In this document: piece after piece, positions 29,105 through 39,680 of the stretch | How positions within the stretch are numbered: the stretch's first letter is position 1 | Layout: each line of letters begins with the position of its first letter | Origin: Auanema rhodensis | Lineage: Eukaryota > Animalia > Nematoda | DNA length: 64,000 nt | Assembly: GCA_964057225.1 (NCBI GenBank) | Contig: OZ059895.1 | Span: 18,104,001 to 18,168,000, forward strand | Reading direction: 5' to 3' | Position numbers and translations under genes: made by a program | The notes under the pieces: model-generated | What the model was told of the DNA's origin: nothing | The model's database searches: none | The model's input: the letters and a program-made list of their open reading frames with translations, nothing else

Positions 29105-30111
29105 GTACCGATACCTACTACTACTATTTTTTTCTTTTTTTTTGCTTCTTATACTCACGATTGAACTCACAAAAATTCAAAACCTGATAGATACTAATAA
29201 GAAAAAGTACGGGAAGAAATTGAAACTATGAAGATGATTATGGTCAAATGAAATAGTTGAAGTTCGGGAGTGCGAAAGGAAGCTGTATTCTTTCTCTTGT
29301 ATGATGTAGATAATTGTAGGGGTAGTAATTTTCCTTATGGAAGATAAATCACCTCTCTTGTTTTCTCCTTAGTGAACTGGTCACCTTGTTTTAACTGATT
29401 GTCGTCTTCGTCCTTGGTTGCCTGTTGTCTCAAATCTAGCCGCTCAGAATTGATACTGTCGCTGCGATTATATCAAGGTTCGCATAAAATGAAAGTATTC
29501 ATCATGTAAAGATTAGCGGGATATTTCCATGTTATCATTAAAACTTGAGAATTTTACGCTAAACGAGACGGGGGGACAACTGATATCAGTTATTAACATG
29601 AAAAGGTCAAGTGTAAAAGTAACAAAAACCGGGAAGGGAAAGTGCATCATTTTTCAATTACGAAGCTTCTGTTCAAAATGGCCTGAGAGAAAATTCATCG
29701 AAGATATGAATGCAATGAGATGAAGTAAAAAGATTTTCTTCTAAAACAACGAACAACTGCTCAGACACCTTTGAATAGCAATATCTTCTTTCTATCTATG
29801 TGTATGTGTGTGCGGCAGTATGTTCAGTCATTCTGGCAACAGCGGCATCAACAGGAGACATAGCAGAAGAAGGGGAGAAATTACATAGAGATGAAGGATG
29901 AGAGAGAAAAAGAAAGAAATGAAGTAGACTGTTGTCTTCCGAGCACGTTGTAATGCAGGGCAGAGCATCTCTATAGACCCATAGGTTCTTCTGTTCTGCC
30001 TGTCGGATAGGTCAATTTGGTGGAAGGGTGCATCAACGCATCACTTCAGTCGATATTTTTTCTGACGGAGTTTGCCTGCTTTTACCTCCGACTCGACAGT
30101 TCAAGAGTCTA

Positions 30112-31791
30112 ATGGCGGAAGATAGCTCCTCTGCTCCAACTACGCTCGCAAGCAATCCTCAAGCCTTCTGTGCTGGTACCTCCTCGTCATGCAGCACTCC
30201 TGTCGTTTCTTCTGTTATATCAGAAAGTATTATTCGGCCTGGTATGCGTCAGTTTATTTGGTTTTTCTTCAAATGTTTTAGTGAAAGTCAAAAAATTCTT
30301 CCGGGTTTTATATTCTTTTTACAATTTAGGGATATGTTCTAGCTTCTTTATTATTTTAAATTTGAATTTCTGTCAATGCGTTTACTAAGAAAGACATTTC
30401 AGTTCTAGTTGCCAATGCAGCCAATCCACAGCAGTATACAGTTGAATACTTATCACAATTGCTCAAGGATAAAAAGCAACTGGCTGCTTTCCCCAATGTT
30501 TTCCATCACTTGGAAAGACTAGCAGATGAAGGTATGATACTTAATCACCCGAAAATAATTTATTTCTGACTTTGTTTCAGAAATTAGCAAAGTTAGAGTA
30601 GCTCTATTCCAATTCGAATTCACAAAAGAGCAAATGATGCTGCCTGATCCTGATGGCGATGTTCAAGTAATCACTGAAAAAGTTTTTGTCCCAGCTAAAG
30701 AGCACCCAGATGTGAGTACTCCTTCATATTAATGCTATAATTTTCCAATATTCTAGTATAATTTTGTTGGAAGGATATTAGGGCCACGTGGTATGACAGC
30801 AAAGCAGTTGGAACAGGAGACGGGTTGTAAAATTATGGTCCGTGGTCGTGGATCGATGAGAGATAAAAAAAAGGTATTGATGAAGCATTTCCCTATAAAT
30901 CTTTATTTTTTTTTTGCAGGAGGAATTGAATCGTGGAAAACCTAACTGGGAACATCTTTCTGAGGAATTGCATGTCCTTATCCAATGCGAAGATACACCA
31001 AATAGAGCTCGTGTAAAGCTGGCTCGTGCAGTTGATGAAGTCAAGAAGTTACTTGTTCCAGCTGTTGGTTTTACTGACAATTTCTATTTCATATTTTTAT
31101 ATTTTCAGCCTGAGGGTGAAGATGAATTAAAAAGAAAACAATTAATGGAATTAGCTATTATTAATGGCACCTACAGGTCGGCTAATGAACAGGCTGCTGC
31201 GGCTGCAGCTCAGTTGGCCGCTAAACAACCAAATACATTGGCTGCCGCTTTACGTAAGCAATTTATTTAACGATATATCGTCAATTCATAATTTTGTAGA
31301 AGCTGCTGCTTTAGCCCAAGCTAGGGGTGTTACAATGCTGAGTGGATCTCCATCTTTAGCTCGTTCCCCTACTCTGTCGGTTGCCGGAGCTCCCATTGTC
31401 ATGAGCCCCGGAAGGGGTCAACCCTCAAATACAAATGCAACTCAACAGATGATTCAACTTCAATCTCAATTAGGAGCTGCTGCAGTTGCTCAAAGCAGTG
31501 CCGCAGTAGCAGCGCAACAGGCTGCTCTTCTTCAGCAACAACAAGCAGCTGAATATCAGCAACTATTGTTGAGGTCTGCTTTTCCCAAAATCAAAAGTTG
31601 AATGAAAGTTTTCAAATTTCAGTCAGGGAATTTCTTTTGATGCATTAACTGGAACGGCTGTTCAGTACCAGCCCCAAACAGCTGCATATAATGCTGCATT
31701 ATTAAACCAACAGTATGCAGAATATGCTGGAGTGGATTTAACTTCTGCTCAAGCTACTTCTGGTGGGTATCGCCTAAGAAAATGGGCTTGA
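30112..31791 (+). CDS. asd-2: STAR/Quaking-family RNA-binding protein ASD-2 (QUA1-KH-QUA2), proximal-start isoform ending GGYRLRKWA
   Basis: Exons 30112-30241, 30403-30531, 30581-30711, 30757-30873, 30920-31063, 31109-31253, 31300-31573 and 31623-31791. QUA1 [31 protein letters not shown]; [35 protein letters not shown]; QUA2 [23 protein letters not shown]. The Ala/Gln tail with YAGVDLTS matches ASD-2 rather than GLD-1. Confidence 0.93.
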
Positions 31792-32338
31792 TTATTTTAA
31801 ATATTTTTAAATTTGTTTCTATAGGAGAAGAGAAAGCGAGAGAAGTAGTCTCTCTCTTTCCCACTTAATTTATTTTTAATTTATCCACATTTTAATTTAT
31901 TGCGAATTCTCTTTATTGAATGATCTACATTCCTAATTTTTTACGGTGGTTCACTTTATTCGTTCAAACATTCCTTAAACTTTCACATAGATCTCATACC
32001 TTTGTATGTCTTTTCGTGACTGATTCTGGAACGTATTACCATTTTTTCAGCACTTCCAGAATCGTCTTAACATTTTAATTCAAATTTTTAAATTTATTTA
32101 TTCATTTTACAACAAAAAACGCAGTTAATTCATCACTTACTGAACCGCATGATAATGGCAATCCGCTATATTGCTTTTTATTAACTAGCACTTTCGATTA
32201 TTTTCGCGTTTTTTTTCTCGAAAAATAGTTGCCAAAAATCTAATATTGGTATTAATATTTTGATATTTATAACGAATCCTTATTATATTTTGGGGAATCG
32301 TAACAACATTACATGTTCCTAACATAGCTAACGTTCAG

Positions 32339-32400
32339 GTGCCATGATTAACCAACGTCGTGTATTGGGAACGTCGAGAGACCATCCTTACAAGCCATAG
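32339..32400 (+). CDS. asd-2: Alternative last coding exon of asd-2 (GAMINQRRVLGTSRDHPYKP*)
   Basis: Internal donor G|GTGGGT at 31762/31763 and acceptor GTTCAG ending 32338 are phase matched. The encoded RR..RDHPY resembles the QKI-5 and HOW(L) nuclear tails. Confidence 0.8.
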
Positions 32401-33320
32401 GGTGTTCACCGTCCTTGCTGCTCAGCTGGATGGATTGATGCCCTTCCGCTCGCAACACTCCAATCAATCTAGTTCGACCTCGGTTCGTTTTATTACATCA
32501 GCTGTGATTATGATTATCGCCTGAGTCGTCATTCTGAAAACTGGAAAGTTTTCTGGAATAATTACAATTACGCAAATGAAAGCCAAAAGAATTTCATTCC
32601 TTTCATAGTTGTTTCTCAGTGCATACTGGCGATAATCATTATATCATCATCAGATTAGTACTTGTCCTGTGTTTTTACTTCATTTGCTACTCAGTACTGA
32701 CTTACCAAGGGGCCTTCTTACAAGGTGCCTTCGTCAAGTGTCCTCAGATTATCAATTGTGCCTTACGTTGCTACAGTGTCTTTTACTTATATATTCTTCT
32801 TTTTTTCTGATGACATGTTGCTAAGCATGTTGTCCACCTTTTATAACTTTTTCTCTAATAATGCAGGTGTTTTGTGAACATCATCATCATCATTTCTGGT
32901 GCATAGAAATAAGAGATTTTTATCTATCATAATTATATGTCATAATATCTATAATATAATATATGCTCACCTTGTTGCATGAAATCACACCAAATTTTTT
33001 TTCTTTATATAGTCGTCGTTTTTTTGTTTTTTTTTCAATAATTGAATTTAACTAAAGATTAGTTTTTTATTTTACTATTGCCATATTGTCACTTCTTTGA
33101 TCGATGCTGTAAGTATGTTATTACCATATAAAGAGATTTGTATTTCCCGATCTTTGTGCTATAATACGAGTTAAAATTACGTAGAAATGCTTATTCACAG
33201 ATTTCATAACAAAATAACGAATTATAATAGGAAATGTTCGTTTTTGTCACAGTATTGTAAGGATGCTCATTGTTGAACATCTCATATAATTTCCAAACAC
33301 TGAATCGTTATGTTTGGTTC

Positions 33321-33326
33321 AATAAA
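33321..33326 (+). terminator. Probable distal poly(A) signal of asd-2
   Basis: First AATAAA I found after the 32400 stop, at the end of a U-rich 3' UTR-like stretch. Confidence 0.55.
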
Positions 33327-34029
33327 GTTAACAGCATGCTTTTCCGTTTAAAATACAATAACTAACACTACTATATAATAATTAAAAATTTATCTAAACC
33401 TCTAATCATTTGTAAAAAAAAACAAAAACGGTAAGAACCATCATATATCCGTAGTCTTTTTTCTAAAAAACTGAGTTCATGTGAACTACTTATAACACAA
33501 GAACCAGTAAAACAGTAATATGGAGATTTGACAGATAAAATCGGTCAATAATCATAAGGGGGAAATGTAAGCGAAAAGCAGGCACTATGCTCTAGCCGAG
33601 TTAATTACCGTTAAGCGTTAGTTATGTACTGAAGTAAGCTGTGCTTAAATACAAGGCAAAAGTACAAGTTAATACGAAGTTAAAAGCTTATATACATTTG
33701 GCAACCGGGTATGGACTTCGTGTGAACGGATTGGGAGATAAGAAAGCTAGCGAAAAGAAATCTTTTAAAAGATATTAGAAGAAAAGCAAATTAGAAATTA
33801 ATTATATGTATAAATATCCAGTAATTAGAACCGCAAAATGCGAGAGGGATAAGTGACACGTGAAAACAAGAAAACTAGATTGGCAAATATCTATCACAGT
33901 ACATTGGTTAAAATGTTTTTTTTTTTGAGATAAATTGAGAAAATATAGAAGTGCGATCATGAGATTGGTATTGAAAGATGCAACAATAAACAAGGAAAAT
34001 TAAAAATAGAAGCAAGTGGTCATAAAAAA

Positions 34030-37000
34030 TCATTTTTTCCTCCGTTTTTCCGACTTACTTAACAAATTGTTGGAAAGTTTTAAAGCAATAGTATTGACAC
34101 GCTGTTCAGCCTGAATTTGCATACATTAATTAAGTAACTAAGAATGACACAATTGTACCTGTTTCTTCAAAAACTGTTCTGCTTTCGAGGAATCTGTCCT
34201 CGAAATGCGTCCATTAGCGCTACTGCTACCACGTTCATTTATTATAAAAGGCTAAAAATTGCATGGATTAAGAGATAAAAAATGAGAGCAAACCGTGAAA
34301 TCGCGAATCACTTGTTTGTGTTCAGGATATTCATTAAATGCGTAACTTTGAGTGTTTATGGGGAATCTATTGCGCGGTGGAATTTTTTCAAAAGATCTCT
34401 GTTGACGATCTATTTGGTACTCGCAGACAAATATATCTTCCTCCTGAAAGGGAAATTAGGCAAGCAAACTTTGAAAAAGTCTCACTCTAAAGGTGGGGTA
34501 TTTGGGACGTCCTTTACACCAAATATCCGCATCAAGCACAAGGCAACGTCCAACAACAGCATCCAAGGGTAGAGTGTCATAAAAACGAGTAGCAAACACC
34601 TGCAGTATATTTCTGGTATTCGAAGTCGACAATATAAATCTATCAAACCTCATTTTTGTTAAAAATTCTATTAGGATCACAAATTGTTTCATGAGGTCTA
34701 GCATAATAGAATCCGAAGACAAAACGGTGACCCGTTGGAGCTACAAATATTCTTTCCACTCGGAATGCTCGTAAATCCTGCAAAAGATTCAATTTAATTT
34801 TGACTGATTATCAGCTTAATTACCTTTCTGTCAAACAACTTAGGCGGAAGAGACTCAGTACTTGGAGGAGCAATAGATTTATATTCTTCACTTAACCCAT
34901 CCTTTTTTCTATTGCTCTTTCCACCATTTTCCACCAACAACTTCAGAAGTTTCTTATGTTCGTCTCCAGCAGCTCTTTCTACATACACAGTTTCATTCAG
35001 TCGAACTTGTATTTTCCTATTGTTGTTTAAAGCCTATAAAAATAATATGAATGAACGATACTACAGAAAATAATACTTTGTAATATTCACATCCTGCTAG
35101 TCTAATTTCTGGCTGTTTGGCCAGAATTACATCGCATGAAGGGATGTCTTTTCGTATAGCACCAGAACAGAATTTGCAAGTGAAATCCTAAAATTAAATG
35201 ATAACAATCCATACAAATGTAAACAACATACTCCATTCTGATCAATTCCATCTAAGCATTCCGAATGTAGCCAATAATGACATTCATCACATTGCATCAT
35301 ATGTCCATCCTCTTCAAGAGATCCGCATTCACAACGAACTGCATCATCACCTTCCTTCGCGGTATCTTGTGGCCAAGAGATATCAGGATCATAACTTCCA
35401 ACCTGAAAGCAGGTAAATAAACGAATAATAAGCAAAATTTTAACTTACCGGGTCCCCTACATCCAAATATGACAAATTAACTTCACGATTCCTAGTCCTA
35501 GCAACCGTTTTCTTTTCTGTTTTTGAATCGGAATTGGTAGCAGATGGAAGATAATGTTGATGTAGAGCTCTAAAAACCAAAAGTTGAAATGAATAATAAG
35601 GCAATTCAAAAAGAATAAGAAGATATGATTGAAACTTACTGAAAGACTCGATCAAAGTCATCGTCATTCAAGCGCTCAAGCCAACGGTCAATCAAGTAAC
35701 TGAATGTATCCGAGACATCATCTTTTTCCTTTCCACTTTCAACGTCTTTCACGAATTGTTTGAGAAGGCCATATTCCTTAAGGGCTTTGAACGGCAATGA
35801 TCCGTCAATACGTCGAATTCTTAAATATATTCAACTTTATGTAATAATTTTTTTTATGGCATACCTCAAAGCTAATCCATCCACTACTCTTTTTAATTTG
35901 CCATCAAGTGTTGGAGGTACAATAGGAGCGGTAGCAACAACTGAATAAGTAATAATTTCGTGATATGAGGGGTGATTCTTACATCGTCGTTTTGCTAATT
36001 CAATAGTTTTCGTACGATTACGTATAAGAAAAACGTTGCCTGCTCTTATCTGCTGCTCGTCAAGGAAAGAAACATCGTCACTTGCAGCTAACACCTAAAA
36101 ATACAAAGCATTACGATAATATTGATTACCAAAAACATACGGAATTCCTAGATCTCATAACAACGCCAGAACAACTAGGAACTGGACAATTAATGCACGG
36201 AATCTCGACAGGTAATAAACGATTCATGTCAACAGTAATTTCAGATCCAGAAGCTATATCGAATAAGGAAAAGAGGCCAGCTCTTCGTTTTCCATTAATT
36301 GACCTTCAAAATAAGAAGTAAACAATGTATTTAATAAAAAAATAATCTTACCAAACTTCTATTCTGCTGTTTGGGCGACAAGAATGTCTAACATAGCGAG
36401 TGATATTTCCTTTTTTAGTTGCATCAATGTAAAGTATAGATGATATAGCCAAAATACACGGTTGACAATTTTCATCTTTGTATGTTTCAACTCGTTTAAT
36501 AGCCTCTTCGAAAGTGATTACTTCACCCGCATATTCACCCTGAACACATTTTTAATATAAAGCCATGTGGTGTTAATAAACTAACCATAAATTCTCCAGC
36601 TCGCTTTGACTGACGAGTTTTTAAGATACGTTTTCCGCGATTTCCCGTAGATATAAGATGTCTTACAACATCTTCCCTCCAGAATTTCTTAAAAAAAACA
36701 ATATCAAAAAATGCATTAATATTTAAATAAATAACAATAAAATTCAATATAACGTATGGGAAAAATAATAATCAACACCGAAGTTAACAAGTTTCACATG
36801 ATGTAATTGCATGAGGATAGTTTTGTGAATTTAAGATAATTGACAGAATAACAAACTAACCTTATTAACACATAACGATGTATGACAATTCTGAGGACAT
36901 TGAACGCAAAGCGCTCTGTTCACGCATTCTGCATCCGATGTGCAAGCTCCTCGTGAGCAACCACAATGAACAATAGGAGAACTCCAACATAAGTTAGAAT

Positions 37001-39170
37001 AACAGAAACCTAAGAGAAAACATTTAATGTATTTTTAAAAAAATTTGTTTTACTTCTTTTTACATCCTCTCCGTCAGATTCCTTTTTCTTATCAAAGGCA
37101 TGATCTTCGAAGAAGGAAGGGACATCTTCACTTCTTCGTTTAGAAGCTGTTCTGGTGGGCAATTTGCTAAATTTAACAAAATATCAAAAAAACTCGATCA
37201 AAATAGTAAGTACCTGGTTTTGTTTTCTTTGGAAGGAGGAGAAAGTTCACTGTTTGATGAAATCGTTTTTCTTCTTTTTTCTTTTACAAAAGATTCAGAA
37301 TCCTTCTTTTGTCTGCCTGAGGCACTACTGGGCCGTTTCCGGTCAGTTTTCTTTTTCTTTTCGTCTTCTTTCTTCTGACGCTTCCGAACAGACTCCCAAT
37401 CTACGAAAAAGATTTTGGATTCTTTATGACCCCTCCTATCATGTCTTTCACGTTCTCCGATTCGGAGATCTTCCACAGCTGATCTAGCTTTCTCCAATAA
37501 AGCATAAAGCTAAAAAAATCTATGATTGTAGCTCAAATTATTACCTTTACCTGATCGTTTAATCGTTTCTTAACAGCTTCACGATATCGTTTCTTTAAAT
37601 CTTCAGGGGAAAATTTGGTATAAATTGTTTCATCAATTGGCTCTGAAGATAGAGACCTTTTCCTGGAAGATTTTGAAGTATCTCTTTTAGGTTCATCTTC
37701 CATCTTTTTCATGTCGTCACTGGCAGCGCTTTGTGGACGACTTCGTCTGGGAGTAGCAGACTCCTTAAATAAAATATTGAAATAATGAGTACAAAACTAA
37801 AATAAAATACCCGTCCTCCATCGGAAGATTTTCTCTTCTGCTCTTGCGTTTTCAACCTAATTAATCGAGCAATAGCATTGGCTTTCTTTGGGTCTAATTG
37901 CAAGAGTTGCTCAACAATTTCTGTTGAATCCATTGTAGGAGTGATGGATATAGCGGGAGGAATAGAAGAATCACATTCAGGATCATTTGTTAACAAACAA
38001 TCATCCCTAAGACCACTGAATCAAACAATTACAGATATAAAAAAGAAAACGATTTACCTTGGTCCAGGAGCACACTCCTCATCTTCATCAGCAGGAACAA
38101 GATGAGGCATGTCAGCGTAATCCTCTTCATCTGCAAGTTCCTCACAGAGAGAAGTACATGCCTCTATCTGAAAATACAGCATAAAGAATATAGGTTTGCA
38201 AATATTTCTTACATTAGGCGGGGAAAGAGTTTGTGCTCCCGGTGGAGAATTAGGAATAGATTGTATTCCAGAGTCGGGAGTTGTCGAAGAATCACTAACA
38301 TTGGAACCCGGCCACTGTCGAGATAATCGACCATTGGCTCTAGCTTCCGACTGAAAAAAAAAATAGCTCAATATTTTTAAGAAAAAATAAATACCTGATT
38401 TTTGAATTGGCCAGTCGTACTCGACATAGAACACAAAGTTGGTGCAGGAGACATAGGGGAAGACGATTCAGCTATAGGTGAAGATGAGCACACAGATGTG
38501 CTTCGATTCTAAAAAATATTGATAAGTATGCTTAATAGTTTTTACTGCTGCTCACCTGTGCTGATATTGGACTCGATACGCTTGGACCACCACTTGAAGA
38601 TGGAACTACACGAATATTCGGCGACCCTGACCACGAAGCTACAAAAAATAATTTTGTTTAGAAAACTGTTTAATAGTTTACCAATGGTCATAGGACCAGA
38701 TGATAAAGTGGGTTCTCCACTTGATGAGGATACTCGTACTTGCACGTTCGCCGGAACCAATAGCTAAAGTTTCAAAGGTTAGCATTATTCATTTTAAAAA
38801 TAATAAAGTTGAAGACATTGAAAAAAGCTTGAAGAAATTGAATAAAGCTTGAAGAAATTGAATAAAGCTTGAATAAATTGAATAAAAAGTTAAGATCAAC
38901 CTTGGGAGCGTGCTCACCACTCACGGTGATCGGAGCCCCAGATTTATATACTCCCTGCACCCGTAAAGGTTGAGGAGGAGGATTCCCGTTGCTCTGTAAA
39001 ATAATAACTAAATGAAAACAATATCAACAGCTATTAATATCTTAATGAAACTTATTAAAATTGTTACATACTTGAGTTCCGGGAGCCGGTCGTATCAGTA
39101 ACCCTAAGTACTCGGTTTCTTCCGGTCCCTGGACAGACCGAAACATACAGGGAACTGCTTCAAAACTCAT
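34030..39170 (-). CDS. lin-59: ASH1-like chromatin protein LIN-59 (AWS-SET-postSET, PHD, BAH), multi-exon
   Basis: First exons 39170-39072 (MSFEAVPCMF..), 38993-38901, 38763-38682 and 38638-38556. TTPDSGIQS and DYADMPHL motifs; AWS CGCSRGACTSDAECVNRALCVQCPQNC (about 37009-36861); SET GEYAGEV..IDATKKGNITRYVRHSCRPN..EITVDM (36687-36141); PHD VRCECGSLEEDGHMMQCDECHYWLHSEC; BAH at about 35030-34290; TGA at 34032-34030 after KRRKK. Confidence 0.88.
38824..38886. repeat. Three-copy 20-bp tandem repeat in lin-59 intron 2
   Basis: AAAGCTTGAAGAAATTGAAT twice, plus AAAGCTTGAATAAATTGAAT. Confidence 0.9.
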
Positions 39171-39628
39171 TCTTCACGACATCTCGTTTTTATAAATTTC
39201 TGTAACAGAAATGAAGATAATTCAAAATGAAGTTCAATAAAATCATGAGACATATAACGATGCGTTCGGCAGACTAGGACAAATAAAAAAACGACAACAG
39301 TAATCGAACGGTACTCAGCGAAAGATAATAGAAAGGTAAATATGACAAGCATGACTATGAAATAGCTTTAGCAGATATCATCCATACCGGGGAACTGATA
39401 ACACTAATAATAGCTAATTAAGGTAAAAGATAATCCAGCTGCTTCTCATGTGGTACAGCAATTAAAATTAATTAATGGAAATAAAACTATATTAGTAATT
39501 AAAAAATCAAAAATTTCGAAAAATTCAGTTATCAGAGTGCCTGAGGCTACAAAATTAAAAAAACATATTGACACAATGCTTGAGCATTAGCAATCAGATT
39601 GAGAAAGATGGGTATATAATAACGATTA

Positions 39629-39680
39629 GCGCTCACGCGGAGACAACGCGTCGCGGTCGCGTCGCGTTTCAGCAGCCCCG
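39629..39680 (-). promoter_or_regulatory. CpG/CGCG-dense patch, probable lin-59 promoter
   Basis: GCGCTCACGCGGAGACAACGCGTCGCGGTCGCGTCGCG about 430 nt upstream of the TTACAG acceptor at 39200, in otherwise CpG-poor DNA. Confidence 0.45.

Noticed and set aside
32619-32810. ORF after a TTTCTCAG, as a possible further asd-2 tail
   Set aside because: Hydrophobic UTR-like translation; the sequence is better explained as 3' UTR with miR-124 sites.
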